Virus record (IMG/VR): IMGVR_UViG_3300020048_000097
Strand: one strand, 5' to 3'
DNA: 64,000 bases
DNA from: an uncultured virus (IMG/VR IMGVR_UViG_3300020048_000097)
Lineage: Duplodnaviria > Heunggongvirae > Uroviricota > Caudoviricetes
Shown: positions 17,054 to 27,943 of the stretch, in pieces
Position numbering within the stretch: position 1 is the first letter of the stretch
How the letters are laid out: the number at the start of each line of letters is the position of its first letter
Program-made: the position numbers and the translations under genes
The notes under the pieces: model-generated
What the model was told of the DNA's origin: nothing
Seen by the model: the letters and a program-made list of their open reading frames with translations, nothing else
The model's database searches: none

Positions 17054-18682
17054 TTATTTATTAATGAATTTCTCAAATTTTGCAATAACTATTTTATTGT
17101 CGTTATCTATTTGAATTTCATTTGGCTTCATTCCTTTATCTAAACCTGCTTTAACGAATTCATCTCTTGATACACCTCTTGTATTACCATCTTTGTCTTT
17201 TATATGATAATCATAACTTTCATTTTTTGTCATTATGTTACCGAATTTATCTATTTTAGTAACATCACTTGCTCCTAAAACTTTATTATTCATTTCGGGT
17301 TCTTTACCTTTATATTCTTGTTTTTCTGACCATTTTAAAGAAAGACTAAATTTAACTCCTGATAAATCGTTTATTATTTTGTTTTTAAACATATCGATAA
17401 ATCTAAGTCCTGCGTAAGGTGCTTTTTCACAAGTTCCGAAAACATTAGATATAGATCCAATTCCACCGTGTCCACCTGAAACGGTAATCTCATCTTGTCC
17501 AACTGTTGTGTCTGGATCATAGTAATCAAGGTGTGCTTTAAAGTTGTTTAATAATCCTGTCATATAGTGACCTAAATCATCTATTTGTTTACCGTCTTTA
17601 CCTACTGGTAAGTTTTCAGTTTCTGCTATTTTCTTATATGCACATACTTGAAGAGTGCCACCATATTGAAGTAGAATGAATTTAGGCTCAGAATCTAATT
17701 TACCATCGTTAAAATCTTTTTCAACAATTGTTCTTGCTCTAAGAGCATTGGCCCAAGTTCCAGTTGGTATAAATACTAGATCACCTATTTTGATGTAACC
17801 TTTCATTCTAANNNNNNNNNNCATTCTAATTAAACCACCTTGCACATATTTTTGAACGAATTCATCTTGTGAGTTTATTGTAGTTCTAAAATATTCACCT
17901 TCTCTTACTCTTCTTTGCATCTCTTTTAGTCTCCACTCAGAGTCTTTTAGAAAGTCTTTCTTTTGTCCTGCGTTTATATTATGTTCAGGATATATTTTTC
18001 TCATAGAATTGAATATAGCATATATAGACACATCTTGACAATTATCAATAACTGATATTAAAGTTTTGTGATCAGATCTTTTTAAGAATTGATTAAAAGA
18101 AGCTGCGAATTCAAGTCTTTTCTTTTTTGACTTCTTAATAGCAGATAAGTCGAAGTCTAAAAGTCTTTGCCAATCAACTCCGTGTTCTTGGTATTTAGCA
18201 GCATCGATCATATCAATAACTGATAAAGTAAGTTCATCTTGTGGTAATCCTAATACAATACACAATGCTTCATATGCAGATGATGTATCTAATTTCTTAA
18301 CTGGTGAGCCTTTATATTTCTCTAAATCCTCTTCGCTGAATAAACCGTGATGATCTAGATAGTAATCAATATTTTGATCTCTTTCGTCACCTGGCATATT
18401 TGCAAAGTCAAGAGCAATATTTATTAATTTAGGATCAAGTGTTGTGTATTTCCAACCATCGGTGTAATTAATGATACCATACTTAACGATTTCAAATCCT
18501 CTATTAAGTAGCCATTTTTTCATCTCAATAGCACAGAATATACCATCCATATCATCATGAGTGTATAAAGCAACTTTCTTACCTTCTTTACCTTTTTTAA
18601 TCCAGTATTCTTCACTAGTTGATGGTGTTCTTAGTGCGCCTTCGTTTACTATTGACCAATTGTTGAATTTATCTACTCTCAT
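17054..18682 (-). CDS. DHH/DHHA1-type phosphoesterase
   Basis: YTHDDMDG, LDF, LDHH and SGGH motifs. N gap at 17812-17821. Confidence 0.7.
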   Translation of the reverse strand: MRVDKFNNWSIVNEGALRTPSTSEEYWIKKGKEGKKVALYTHDDMDGIFCAIEMKKWLLNRGFEIVKYGIINYTDGWKYTTLDPKLINIALDFANMPGDERDQNIDYYLDHHGLFSEEDLEKYKGSPVKKLDTSSAYEALCIVLGLPQDELTLSVIDMIDAAKYQEHGVDWQRLLDFDLSAIKKSKKKRLEFAASFNQFLKRSDHKTLISVIDNCQDVSIYAIFNSMRKIYPEHNINAGQKKDFLKDSEWRLKEMQRRVREGEYFRTTINSQDEFVQKYVQGGLIRMXXXXRMKGYIKIGDLVFIPTGTWANALRARTIVEKDFNDGKLDSEPKFILLQYGGTLQVCAYKKIAETENLPVGKDGKQIDDLGHYMTGLLNNFKAHLDYYDPDTTVGQDEITVSGGHGGIGSISNVFGTCEKAPYAGLRFIDMFKNKIINDLSGVKFSLSLKWSEKQEYKGKEPEMNNKVLGASDVTKIDKFGNIMTKNESYDYHIKDKDGNTRGVSRDEFVKAGLDKGMKPNEIQIDNDNKIVIAKFEKFINK

Positions 18683-18801
18683 ATTATTCTTGATTTTTAT
18701 TATATATTAAACTTTTTTAATAATTTTTTATTATAAATCTATTGTAACATTCACAATATTAGTAATTTTATCTTTAATATCCAAATTATTTTTAATAAAA
18801 C

Positions 18802-19275
18802 TTAATTTATATCATCATCATCGTCTTCTAATGCACCATTTTTACCATAATCATCAGGAGTTTTTTCAACAAAGACTTTTATTATTGGGTTATAAGGTCT
18901 AAATTCTGGTTTAAATCTCCAATTTATATGCTTCTCTACCTTAACATCAAATAAATCCTCTAATTCGTGTTTTACTTTATTAAAATACTCATCTACTAAA
19001 TCTATACTTTCTGCTCGAAACCTAATCTCATAACTAAATATTTTTTTAGGAAAATCATCCCATTCTTCAAGTTCTTCAATTTTTTCTTCAATATTGTCAC
19101 TATCACCAATTAGATACATATTTTCAGCACCATTGTTATTTTGTCTAACATAATATTGTATTATTACACCCTGTTCTTTAAGAATATAATCTAATGATCG
19201 TATCTCATTCAAAAGTTCTTTTGTGTCTACATTATCATCATCGTTGAAGTTTTCGTATAGTTTTAAATATTTCAT
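18802..19275 (-). CDS. Hypothetical protein with MKYLKLYENF motif
   Basis: ORF, shared motif. Confidence 0.75.
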   Translation of the reverse strand: MKYLKLYENFNDDDNVDTKELLNEIRSLDYILKEQGVIIQYYVRQNNNGAENMYLIGDSDNIEEKIEELEEWDDFPKKIFSYEIRFRAESIDLVDEYFNKVKHELEDLFDVKVEKHINWRFKPEFRPYNPIIKVFVEKTPDDYGKNGALEDDDDDIN

Positions 19276-20660
19276 TTTCCTAGTTTACCGAACCCGGTGA
19301 TTTTTCCTTTTTTATCTCCTTTTCCACCTTCATCATCATATTTAGTATCAAAGAAGTTTTCATTATCATTTACTATTTTAACATCAGCATCCATATTAGC
19401 ATATGGTCCTAGTTCACCTGATCTAAATACACCACCCATCATATCACCATTTAGGAATCCTTCCATAAAGTAGCAATTTTTAAGTGATGATCCATCAACT
19501 CTACAAGCAAGTACTTTTGAATTATCAACATCACTATGTATAATTGTAGATTTACTCAATTGTGAGTTTATTATTTCACAACCAACTAATGTACAACTCT
19601 CAAATATTCCTTCAAGGTTGCAATTTATTAATTCAAAGTTTTTTATTGTAGAAGTTGCTTTAATAGTAGCATCTACTATTTCTATAGCTTGTGTAGCAGT
19701 TACATAATTAACCATACACTCTTTGATATCACTTGATGAGTCTATTATAGAATATAATTTTGGATATATTTTAGAATAGTATGCATTTATAAGATCATAG
19801 TCGCTACTTTGATCTACTTGTATTTGTATTGTTGGAAATTCAACTATGAAATTATCATATTTAGAAAAGTTTTTGAATAATCTAATATTTTCTTCTAGAT
19901 ATTCTTCTAGTTTATTAACATCTTCTGAATCAAACCCAACGTCAACCGAATCATAAACATTTACTATGAATCGATCCATAAAATAAATTAGTTGTCCGAT
20001 ATTCTTTTCATAATCTTTACCACCGATATATCTAAATTCAAGTCTTTGAGATTCTTTATCATTATTTATGTGAGTAAAGTTTACACCATAATATTTATCA
20101 TTAGGAACTCTAATATTATTTTTAACAGCATTGATAGGTACATTAAAGAAGTCATACTCTTTATAAGGAATCATCTTTTTAATACTTTTTGCATAAACAT
20201 TATCTTTTCTGGTTGGGAAAACTTTGTATATTTCGTCTTCGTTTGTTGTAAGTATAAGTTTAAGTATGTTTAGATCATTTAAATCTTTATCTTCGTTTGT
20301 AAATGAAAGGTTAAAGTGTATTGATGATTTATCGTTTGTATAACCATAATTTTGAATAAAATTAGATATCTTTATTAAATAATATTTAGCATCATAGTAA
20401 TCCATTGGACCAGTAACTAACTCGACCATATTAGAACCACCTGAAAGATCTGGTTCAATTTTAAAGTTATTTGCATCCGGTGTATAATCAGAGTGGTATT
20501 TTCTAAAACCCCATACTTTTACTGGTGCTAGTTCTATATTTAATAGTTCTAGTGTCTTATAGAAAGAAAGATCTTTCATATAGAACTCAAACTCAAGTCC
20601 TATACGAGCGTGTTTTAATTTATTTGACTGGTTTAAAAACTTGTCTGAATATTTTTTCAT
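19272..20660 (-). CDS. Putative amidoligase (COOH-NH2 ligase fold) with beta-helix-like C-terminus
   Basis: GLEFE, ELVTGP, SIHFNLS, KYYGVN and RLEFR motifs. Confidence 0.7.
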   Translation of the reverse strand: MKKYSDKFLNQSNKLKHARIGLEFEFYMKDLSFYKTLELLNIELAPVKVWGFRKYHSDYTPDANNFKIEPDLSGGSNMVELVTGPMDYYDAKYYLIKISNFIQNYGYTNDKSSIHFNLSFTNEDKDLNDLNILKLILTTNEDEIYKVFPTRKDNVYAKSIKKMIPYKEYDFFNVPINAVKNNIRVPNDKYYGVNFTHINNDKESQRLEFRYIGGKDYEKNIGQLIYFMDRFIVNVYDSVDVGFDSEDVNKLEEYLEENIRLFKNFSKYDNFIVEFPTIQIQVDQSSDYDLINAYYSKIYPKLYSIIDSSSDIKECMVNYVTATQAIEIVDATIKATSTIKNFELINCNLEGIFESCTLVGCEIINSQLSKSTIIHSDVDNSKVLACRVDGSSLKNCYFMEGFLNGDMMGGVFRSGELGPYANMDADVKIVNDNENFFDTKYDDEGGKGDKKGKITGFGKLGK

Positions 20661-20773
20661 ATCTTATATATATTAAAATAAATTTTTCAAATTTAAATTA
20701 TAGGAAAAGTATTTCTTTTATATATACTTTCATTAAGTTAATCCTTAAATGGCTAAAAAAGAAATATAAGTAA

Positions 20774-21163
20774 ATGAATTTTTTCTGTGTGTATGTGAAA
20801 ACTCGTAAGAAGATAGATAAGTACATTAAGATTAATAGGGTTAAGAATAAGTATATAATAGATATAAAGAAGATAATCGAAGAAGAAGAGTTGACTCACA
20901 CAGAAGACAAGACTTATTTGAAAATAATAATATTCAACAAAATACAACAAGCAATAGATAAAAAGAAGGATATTTATTACATTCCTGATTTTGAAAATGA
21001 GTTTTCTATTGAGAAGTTATTAAATCTTAAAAAGATATTAGGTGATAATAGTTTTAATGTATTGATATTCTATAACGAATTCCGTAAAAACCCTGAAATA
21101 ATCGATGATGTTTTTGAGAATCTTTCAAAATTTAGTAATAGTCAAATAATAAGGGATTACTAG
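20774..21163 (+). CDS. Hypothetical protein
   Basis: ORF. Confidence 0.65.
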   Translation: MNFFCVYVKTRKKIDKYIKINRVKNKYIIDIKKIIEEEELTHTEDKTYLKIIIFNKIQQAIDKKKDIYYIPDFENEFSIEKLLNLKKILGDNSFNVLIFYNEFRKNPEIIDDVFENLSKFSNSQIIRDY

Positions 21164-21532
21164 TATAATAAAAATAAGTCGGATGTTATTTTTAAACTAA
21201 AGAAGAATTGTAGGTGTATGATAGGAAATTCACTTAGGTTTAATGGTTATTTAAAAAATTCAAAAACAGAAAATATACTTGGTTGTACATTTGAAGATTT
21301 TAAGTTATACTTAGAATCTAAGTTTGAAGTTTGGATGAATTGGGATAATCATGGTAAATTTAATAGTGAATTAAATTATGGTTGGGACATTGATCATATT
21401 ATACCATTAGATACTGCAGAAACAGAAGATGATATTATTAAATTAAACCATTTTACCAATTTGCAACCACTATGTTCTTATACTAATAGACATATAAAAA
21501 TGTATAAAACAAATTACCAACAGAGTAACTAA
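21164..21532 (+). pseudogene. N-terminally truncated HNH (homing-type) endonuclease
   Basis: LGC....K..LES.F...MNWDNHG, WDIDHIIPL and LNHFTNLQPL motifs. Family-like sequence runs back in frame to the upstream TAG. Confidence 0.6.
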
Positions 21533-21568
21533 TATTATTTAATATATAATAAAAATAATATACTATAA

Positions 21569-23446
21569 ATGGCAATTTTAGGTGGTTCACCCTTAGGTTT
21601 AATAAATGTTCGTTCTAATCCAAATCCTAGTGGTAGATCTACATTTAATGATGGTACTACAAGAAACGTTAATGTTCTTAAGTATAATTCTGGTGCATAT
21701 GATGCTTCTTTTAGAGGTAATAGTTTATTCTCAGGTGATAGAGTTGTTAGAGCTTGGCCTGGTCAGGATGCATTTAAATCTCCTATGGCTGGTTCTAATG
21801 ATGTTAATTATGCGGCTTTAAAGACTGGTACTTCTAGTCAAACACCTCAAGGTTCATTTAAACAAAGAAAGACACTTCACAATAACGATGTTTATGATAC
21901 AAGTGTTCTTAATATAATCGAGCATATGTCTGGTACATCAGGCTCTTTAAAGATGGCTGATTTTGCATATCTTAAAGATATAGGAGTTTATCCAAATAAC
22001 AGACTTATGATCGCTAGAAGATTTGGTGGTCCAATAAGTGATAATGTTATTGCTCCTAAATCTAAAAACGCAAAGGGTCAAGTAAGTGAATATGGTCCAT
22101 TGGCAACTCTTATAAGTTGGGTACCTGCAGATACTGATTTTCTTAACATATCATTTGGTGAAAAATGGACCGATGCTGAAGCAGATTTCAAGGATCTATT
22201 AAACAGAATTGGTGGTGATATCTCCGCAAAGGGTAGTTCTAATGCAGGTGGTATTACAGAGGCCGTTGCAGGTGCTGTTCCGCTTCCTGGTTTTACTGAG
22301 ATATTTCAAAGAAAATTTTTAGAGAAAATTGGTATATTCGAAGAAGGTGCTGGACAAACTATTCCTTCTGGTAATCCAAACCTTATAAAAGAAGCGAAAA
22401 GAAGAAGTGTTATTCCATATGAACAAGCAGGTTCAGGTTTAACTTGTGAAGTAACAATTGAGATGAACTGTGAATATGAACTTAAATTTATATCAGGTAT
22501 TGATCCAACTATTGTTTGGATGGATATACTAGGTATGATATTAAGATTCGGTACATCACCTAGTGATACCTATGGTTTAGGTAAAGAGTTAGGTGGAAAA
22601 GTAGAGGGTTGGTTGAAAAATCCATATGCTTTAGTTAAAGAAGTAGTGGAAAAACTAGCAGATACATTACGAGATCTAGTTAGTACTCTTAGTACTGAAA
22701 TTGAAGCAAACTTTGAAAAGGCAAAAGATTTATTATGGGGTGGTGAGAAGAAAAAATTAGGTAAAGATGGTAAACCACTTAGTGATGATTTTCAACAAAA
22801 AGCAGATGAGCAAAATGCACTGGCTGAGGTAAAAAAAGCAGGTGAGAAATTTGTTGGTTTTATAGAAAATTTTATAAGTACCGCTTTAAATGGTTTAGCA
22901 AAGAAATATAGGGTTGAGATAATGGGTATTGTTAATGCTCTTTCTGGTCTTCCTTCTACACCTTGGCATATAACAATTGGTAATCCATTAAGACCTGTGT
23001 TTTGTGCAGGTGATATGTTCACAACGAGTGTTAAAATAACACTTGGTCCCAATTTAGCATTTAATGATTTACCTTCTTCTATAAAAGTTAGTTTTAGTTT
23101 AGCAAATGCAAGACCTTGGGGTTTACAAGAAATAATGTCTAAGTTTAACTCAGGTTATTTGAGAACAGTTGATGTTCAGAAATCATTCTATGAAACTAAT
23201 AGTGGTGAAGTTCCGGGTCAGTTTCCATTTGAAATTAACCCACCTAGTCTTGATACTGGTACTAGTTCTACACCACAAGGTGGTTCACAATCTACTCCAA
23301 TACCTGGTAGTACGCAATCAACCAGTACAAAAGATACTTTAAATGCAATTAAATCTGCTAGTTTTGGTGTTGGTCTTACCAACTCAAATTCAAATGGTGG
23401 CTCCGCAACAAAGGCAGAAAATGGTAAATTAACTAAGAAAAAATAA
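21569..23446 (+). CDS. Putative baseplate/tail-tube junction protein (gp48/gp54-like)
   Basis: PWHITIGNP..P and F.DLPS.IKV.F.L..ARP C-terminal pattern, position next to a gp53-like gene. Confidence 0.5.
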   Translation: MAILGGSPLGLINVRSNPNPSGRSTFNDGTTRNVNVLKYNSGAYDASFRGNSLFSGDRVVRAWPGQDAFKSPMAGSNDVNYAALKTGTSSQTPQGSFKQRKTLHNNDVYDTSVLNIIEHMSGTSGSLKMADFAYLKDIGVYPNNRLMIARRFGGPISDNVIAPKSKNAKGQVSEYGPLATLISWVPADTDFLNISFGEKWTDAEADFKDLLNRIGGDISAKGSSNAGGITEAVAGAVPLPGFTEIFQRKFLEKIGIFEEGAGQTIPSGNPNLIKEAKRRSVIPYEQAGSGLTCEVTIEMNCEYELKFISGIDPTIVWMDILGMILRFGTSPSDTYGLGKELGGKVEGWLKNPYALVKEVVEKLADTLRDLVSTLSTEIEANFEKAKDLLWGGEKKKLGKDGKPLSDDFQQKADEQNALAEVKKAGEKFVGFIENFISTALNGLAKKYRVEIMGIVNALSGLPSTPWHITIGNPLRPVFCAGDMFTTSVKITLGPNLAFNDLPSSIKVSFSLANARPWGLQEIMSKFNSGYLRTVDVQKSFYETNSGEVPGQFPFEINPPSLDTGTSSTPQGGSQSTPIPGSTQSTSTKDTLNAIKSASFGVGLTNSNSNGGSATKAENGKLTKKK

Positions 23447-23455
23447 TATTAAAAT

Positions 23456-23959
23456 ATGAGTTATGATATTAAATCTCTAGAGAAAGCACTTATTTCAACA
23501 GAAGTAGATGGAACTATAATTTATAATTTATTTTCACCATCTTTTGTTTGGGGTGCTAATTACCCATTTTCTACGTATATAGTAGAAGAGAATGAAGAAG
23601 GTAGAATTGATCTAATAATGCAATCTATATATGGTGCTGATCTGAGTTATTTTAATGATTTAGATGTTTTGTTATATTTAAATGATATTGATAATCCATT
23701 GTCTATATTAGCAGGGACAGAAATAATTTATGTGAGTGGTGATCTTTTAGATGATTTTAGATATACTGAAATAGGCGGTGGTGTTGTGGACACTGATGTT
23801 AAAAGAGCTCTTGCTGTTCCTAATAAAACAACTAGAGTTGATAAAAACAGACAAAAATATGTTGATAATGATTATTCATTACCTCCGGTTGTTAGTTCTG
23901 ATAATACACCTCCGGTTAAAGTAACTAGTGATAAAATAATTGTAGGAGGACTTAAATAA
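23456..23959 (+). CDS. Baseplate wedge protein, gp53/LysM-like
   Basis: Y.V....EGRIDLI...IYG and LL..N.I.NP.SI..G motifs. Confidence 0.7.
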   Translation: MSYDIKSLEKALISTEVDGTIIYNLFSPSFVWGANYPFSTYIVEENEEGRIDLIMQSIYGADLSYFNDLDVLLYLNDIDNPLSILAGTEIIYVSGDLLDDFRYTEIGGGVVDTDVKRALAVPNKTTRVDKNRQKYVDNDYSLPPVVSSDNTPPVKVTSDKIIVGGLK

Positions 23960-23964
23960 ATATT

Positions 23965-25725
23965 ATGTCAGATGTACTTATAAAATCGATACGACTGGAT
24001 CTTAGAAGATCAGCGGATAAATATAATAATATTAAATTATCTATATATAAATCCGGTATTTTTGGTAAAAAAAGAATTTTAAAAGTTGATAGCGGTGAAA
24101 TAGAAGATGATTTAGGTAATAAATTACAACCTAAAGAATACACCACTGATGATGGTAGTGATGATCAGTTAATAATTGACTATTTGCATAAATTTTTAGC
24201 TCTTGTAAAAAGTGTAGATAATCATAATGATTTTAATAAAGATGCATTTAAATCTAAGACTGAACTAGATAAAAGACTGACACAATATATTCCACTATGT
24301 AAATATGAAATAGTTGAGGATAATTATACTGATGGTTATGAGTCTAAAAGTAGAGCTTTTAGTTTTGATTTTTATCATTTAAATAATGGTGTTAGTATTA
24401 GTATAAGTTGGACAAAAGATTCAACAAGTGTTGGTGGTAAAAAGTATAGTGACAACTGGGGCTATGAGGTAAATACCGGTGATTATGCACTATATGATGA
24501 TGGAAGTAAGTGGTCATTTAAGAAAAATGTTAGAATTTGGTTTGATGCTAAAAGTTATGGTCTTAAACCGGATTATACAAAGGATGTTCCTGCTATTACT
24601 TTGGATAAAGATAATAACTTCATATATGCAAAGGATGAAACTTATGAAAATATAAATAAGTGGAATGATAAATCAGGTGCTCATCCATCAAAGACATTGG
24701 ATAGTTATATTCTTAGTACTATAGTTGATAAGTGGAATGAGTTATATCCAAATAAAGAACTTAGATTATTAAGTCTTAGTTCTAATAGACCTACGATTGA
24801 TGTTAAGTTTATAGATCCTGTTGATAGATCGGTTCCTGCTGAACAGGTTGATCCATTAAATCCACCAGGTTTATCTGCATCAACTCCTATTGCTGCTACT
24901 CCTTCTGCAACAGCATCTGCTAAAATACCATTAGTTGTAAATGATATTCCAGAGGGTTTTACCATTCAAGCAAAAACTGATATGCCATTATTTTCGATAT
25001 ATGTTGGTGATAAACCATTAGATTCTAAAAATATTGATATATTTGATGATTCTGTTACAGCTGATGATGAGTATTCAGAAGTAGCTTTTAGTGGTATAGA
25101 AGATAGTGTAGTTGATTTAAGTGATGTGTTTAGTTCTTTCCCAGAATCAAATGTAACATATAATGATTCGTCAAATACTAGTTTAGATGATCCTTCTATT
25201 GAAAAGAGTATGGCTAAAATATCTGCTGCTTCTAAAAAAGAAACAGAGTCTGATAAACAATTAACATTGATAAGAGAAGCAACTAGTAGTGATAAAGGTG
25301 TTAAGGGTACTATGTACTTTAATGGAAAAGTTGTAGCGTTAACATTAGAAAGACCTTATAATCCACCTCAGAATAAAAAACAGAACGAAAAATGTATAAC
25401 TGCTGGTACTTATAATTTATCCTTAGATTCAACGAGCAAAGATTTCATTAAAAAACACTATGTTAAATTCCCAGAAAGTGATATTGCGGTTTATAGAACA
25501 GGTGTTGCGCCTAGAATAAATAATGTACCTAGTCAACAAGGTATAAGAATACACGGTGGTGGTAATATGACACATTCACTTGGATGCGTTCTTGTTTCAA
25601 AGAAAAGAAAATCTAATGGATATGATATAGTTAGTGAGGTTGAGGTAACACAATATATAACTAAGTTAATTAATCTTAAAAAGATTAAGAATATTAAAAT
25701 AATAAATGAATTCTTAGTTAACTAA
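23965..25725 (+). CDS. Tail-associated protein with C-terminal DUF5675 (L,D-peptidase-like) domain
   Basis: TLERP, CI.AG.Y, NVP...GIRIHGG and HSLGCVLV motifs. Confidence 0.7.
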   Translation: MSDVLIKSIRLDLRRSADKYNNIKLSIYKSGIFGKKRILKVDSGEIEDDLGNKLQPKEYTTDDGSDDQLIIDYLHKFLALVKSVDNHNDFNKDAFKSKTELDKRLTQYIPLCKYEIVEDNYTDGYESKSRAFSFDFYHLNNGVSISISWTKDSTSVGGKKYSDNWGYEVNTGDYALYDDGSKWSFKKNVRIWFDAKSYGLKPDYTKDVPAITLDKDNNFIYAKDETYENINKWNDKSGAHPSKTLDSYILSTIVDKWNELYPNKELRLLSLSSNRPTIDVKFIDPVDRSVPAEQVDPLNPPGLSASTPIAATPSATASAKIPLVVNDIPEGFTIQAKTDMPLFSIYVGDKPLDSKNIDIFDDSVTADDEYSEVAFSGIEDSVVDLSDVFSSFPESNVTYNDSSNTSLDDPSIEKSMAKISAASKKETESDKQLTLIREATSSDKGVKGTMYFNGKVVALTLERPYNPPQNKKQNEKCITAGTYNLSLDSTSKDFIKKHYVKFPESDIAVYRTGVAPRINNVPSQQGIRIHGGGNMTHSLGCVLVSKKRKSNGYDIVSEVEVTQYITKLINLKKIKNIKIINEFLVN

Positions 25726-27907
25726 TTAATTTTCTTACATTATTCCAAGCATTATCATCTTTAAATGTTTTACCTACGTATTTACCTTCTGTTACGGTAA
25801 GACTTCTACATCCATCATCATAGTTACCCTTAGAAACTAATGTATTATACTTATCAAATATGAAAAATCTTTTATTCTCATATGCATTTAAAGTCCACTT
25901 TTCATTATTAAATGGTGATGTAAATGTATAAGTATTATCTGCGTTTTTGATTACTTTACCATATGGAAATAATCTAGCCATTACTAATCTTAGATCAGAA
26001 TCTTTAACAAATCCTATTTGTTTTAAATATTTAGTTTTTAATTGTGACCAAGCATTTTTAGTACTATCGCCCCAAGCACCATCATCTTTTAAATTAACAG
26101 AGTTTTTATTTGAATAAACTTGAAATGAAAGTATATCTGTTTTATTTGAAAGTTCTTTTGGTTTATCTTGTGGTTTATCACTTACCACTACTGGTGCTTT
26201 TTCTTTTTGTGGATTTGTTGTGGAGTTAGCATCACCTTTGTTTGCTTCAACATTAGCAGTTGCGGCATCCCAATCCGTTTTAGTAACAAGTGTGTATGTG
26301 AAACTATCACCATTTTTTTCTTTATGTTTGTTACAAATGTCGAAAAATTCACTTGAATCCTCTTTTGTAGATAAAGTTTGACTACCATCTATTGACCAGT
26401 TTCCAACTTTTTTACCACCTGGAAATCCATTTTGTATTGCTATTCCAAAATCACTACTTCCTGAAACTTTTTGCTTAATCGGTTTAGATAAGTTTGCTGG
26501 TAAATATTCAGGTTTTTTAAATTCACTGTCGATCCAAACCATTTGTTTTGCATTTAGTTTAGTTACAAGTGCGTTTCCACCCATTTTACTACCAATTTCA
26601 TATGTACCTAAATATTGTGATGGCACTAGAGTTTGTATTCCAGGATTATTATCATCTTTTATAATATTATAAAATTCCTTCATTGTAATTCTCTTGTTTA
26701 TATAACTTTCAAATTCAACATAACTTGTTAGATTTTTATTTTCTATGAAAGACTGAGTAACGGTAAATTCAGCACCTGCCATAGTAGAGAAAATATATTT
26801 CTTTAAAATCCACTGATCACTTTCATCTTTAAACATAACATATAGTTTATCAACAAACTCATCTGTATATTTTTCATTTATTGATAAACATTGATTTCTA
26901 ACACCTATTATATTTAATTCATATGGTTTTGAATATAAAGTATAATTTTTTGTTTTTATGATCTCTAATAATATTTTAACATCAGGGTTTGCTTCTTTAA
27001 CCACTGGTTCTAATTTAGATGGTGTAGCGACTGATGATGTACCTGCTTGTGTATTATTTTCCTTAGGTTGTTCAAATGTAGTGTCACTTGAACCATCTAC
27101 CGATTTATAAGTAACTTCTTCTGTTTTTGTCAAAGTATTTTCTTCTATAGTAGATTGCCAGTTGTCTCCTAATGTACCATCTGCTATTCTGTCTAATTTT
27201 TTAACATCCTCATTATCTACTATATAGACATTTTTAGATAGAATTTTAGGATCTTTTATTGCTTTATATAATTGTATATGTTTTATTAATTTTGGAGCAG
27301 GGACTACTTTTGCACCAAAGTTTCCTAAAAAAGCACCGCTCATAAATATAGCAAGTAGTTCATCTAACCAGTTTGTAAATGTATCACCTAATATTGCTCT
27401 TTGTGTTGCATTTTCGGTTCCTAAATTTAATTTACCAAAATTATCTTTAAGATTGACGTTAATACTTTGATCTTTTATGTTTATATTATTGAACTTGTGA
27501 TCGATTTTAAGACCTTCTGAATCATTTACATATATTTGTGTTTTGTGATCAAATATAAGTGCTTTCATAGTTAGGTAATCTTCTTTACTTAAAGATTCCA
27601 ATTTCTTTTCAAGGTTCACATTATAATGGTCGGAAGATATATATTCAGGTGTATTTTGATTACCATTTTCAAATACAACAATAACTATTTTACCAATATC
27701 TGGTACATTGAATGCATTTCCATTTAAATCTTTCCAAGGAAAAGCCCAAGGTAGATCTTCTGTTTTCACTTCATATTCATTGTCTTTGTTTTTACCATCA
27801 AAGACATCCATTACTCTTATTTTACATCTACCATCTTTTTTAGGATCGTTATTATCTTCAACAACTCCTAGATATGTTTTACCGGATTCTACTACTGTTT
27901 TTGCCAT
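25718..27907 (-). CDS. Baseplate spike/hub protein, gp5-like OB fold plus degenerate peptidase-like and peptidoglycan-binding domains
   Basis: YLGVVEDNNDP...GR.KIRV, LPWA.P and VP.IG..V.V.FENG motifs, with later DG.WG..T..AW. Confidence 0.75.
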   Translation of the reverse strand: MAKTVVESGKTYLGVVEDNNDPKKDGRCKIRVMDVFDGKNKDNEYEVKTEDLPWAFPWKDLNGNAFNVPDIGKIVIVVFENGNQNTPEYISSDHYNVNLEKKLESLSKEDYLTMKALIFDHKTQIYVNDSEGLKIDHKFNNINIKDQSINVNLKDNFGKLNLGTENATQRAILGDTFTNWLDELLAIFMSGAFLGNFGAKVVPAPKLIKHIQLYKAIKDPKILSKNVYIVDNEDVKKLDRIADGTLGDNWQSTIEENTLTKTEEVTYKSVDGSSDTTFEQPKENNTQAGTSSVATPSKLEPVVKEANPDVKILLEIIKTKNYTLYSKPYELNIIGVRNQCLSINEKYTDEFVDKLYVMFKDESDQWILKKYIFSTMAGAEFTVTQSFIENKNLTSYVEFESYINKRITMKEFYNIIKDDNNPGIQTLVPSQYLGTYEIGSKMGGNALVTKLNAKQMVWIDSEFKKPEYLPANLSKPIKQKVSGSSDFGIAIQNGFPGGKKVGNWSIDGSQTLSTKEDSSEFFDICNKHKEKNGDSFTYTLVTKTDWDAATANVEANKGDANSTTNPQKEKAPVVVSDKPQDKPKELSNKTDILSFQVYSNKNSVNLKDDGAWGDSTKNAWSQLKTKYLKQIGFVKDSDLRLVMARLFPYGKVIKNADNTYTFTSPFNNEKWTLNAYENKRFFIFDKYNTLVSKGNYDDGCRSLTVTEGKYVGKTFKDDNAWNNVRKLIS

Positions 27908-27943
27908 TTGTTTATATATTATTTAGGCAGGTTCCCAGGAGTA

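Noticed and set aside
6301..17821. Apparent frameshifts or insertions at 6301-6310, 9323-9332 and 17812-17821
   Set aside because: They coincide with 10-N scaffold gaps. The third is flanked by a duplicated CATTCTAA, typical of an overlap artefact.
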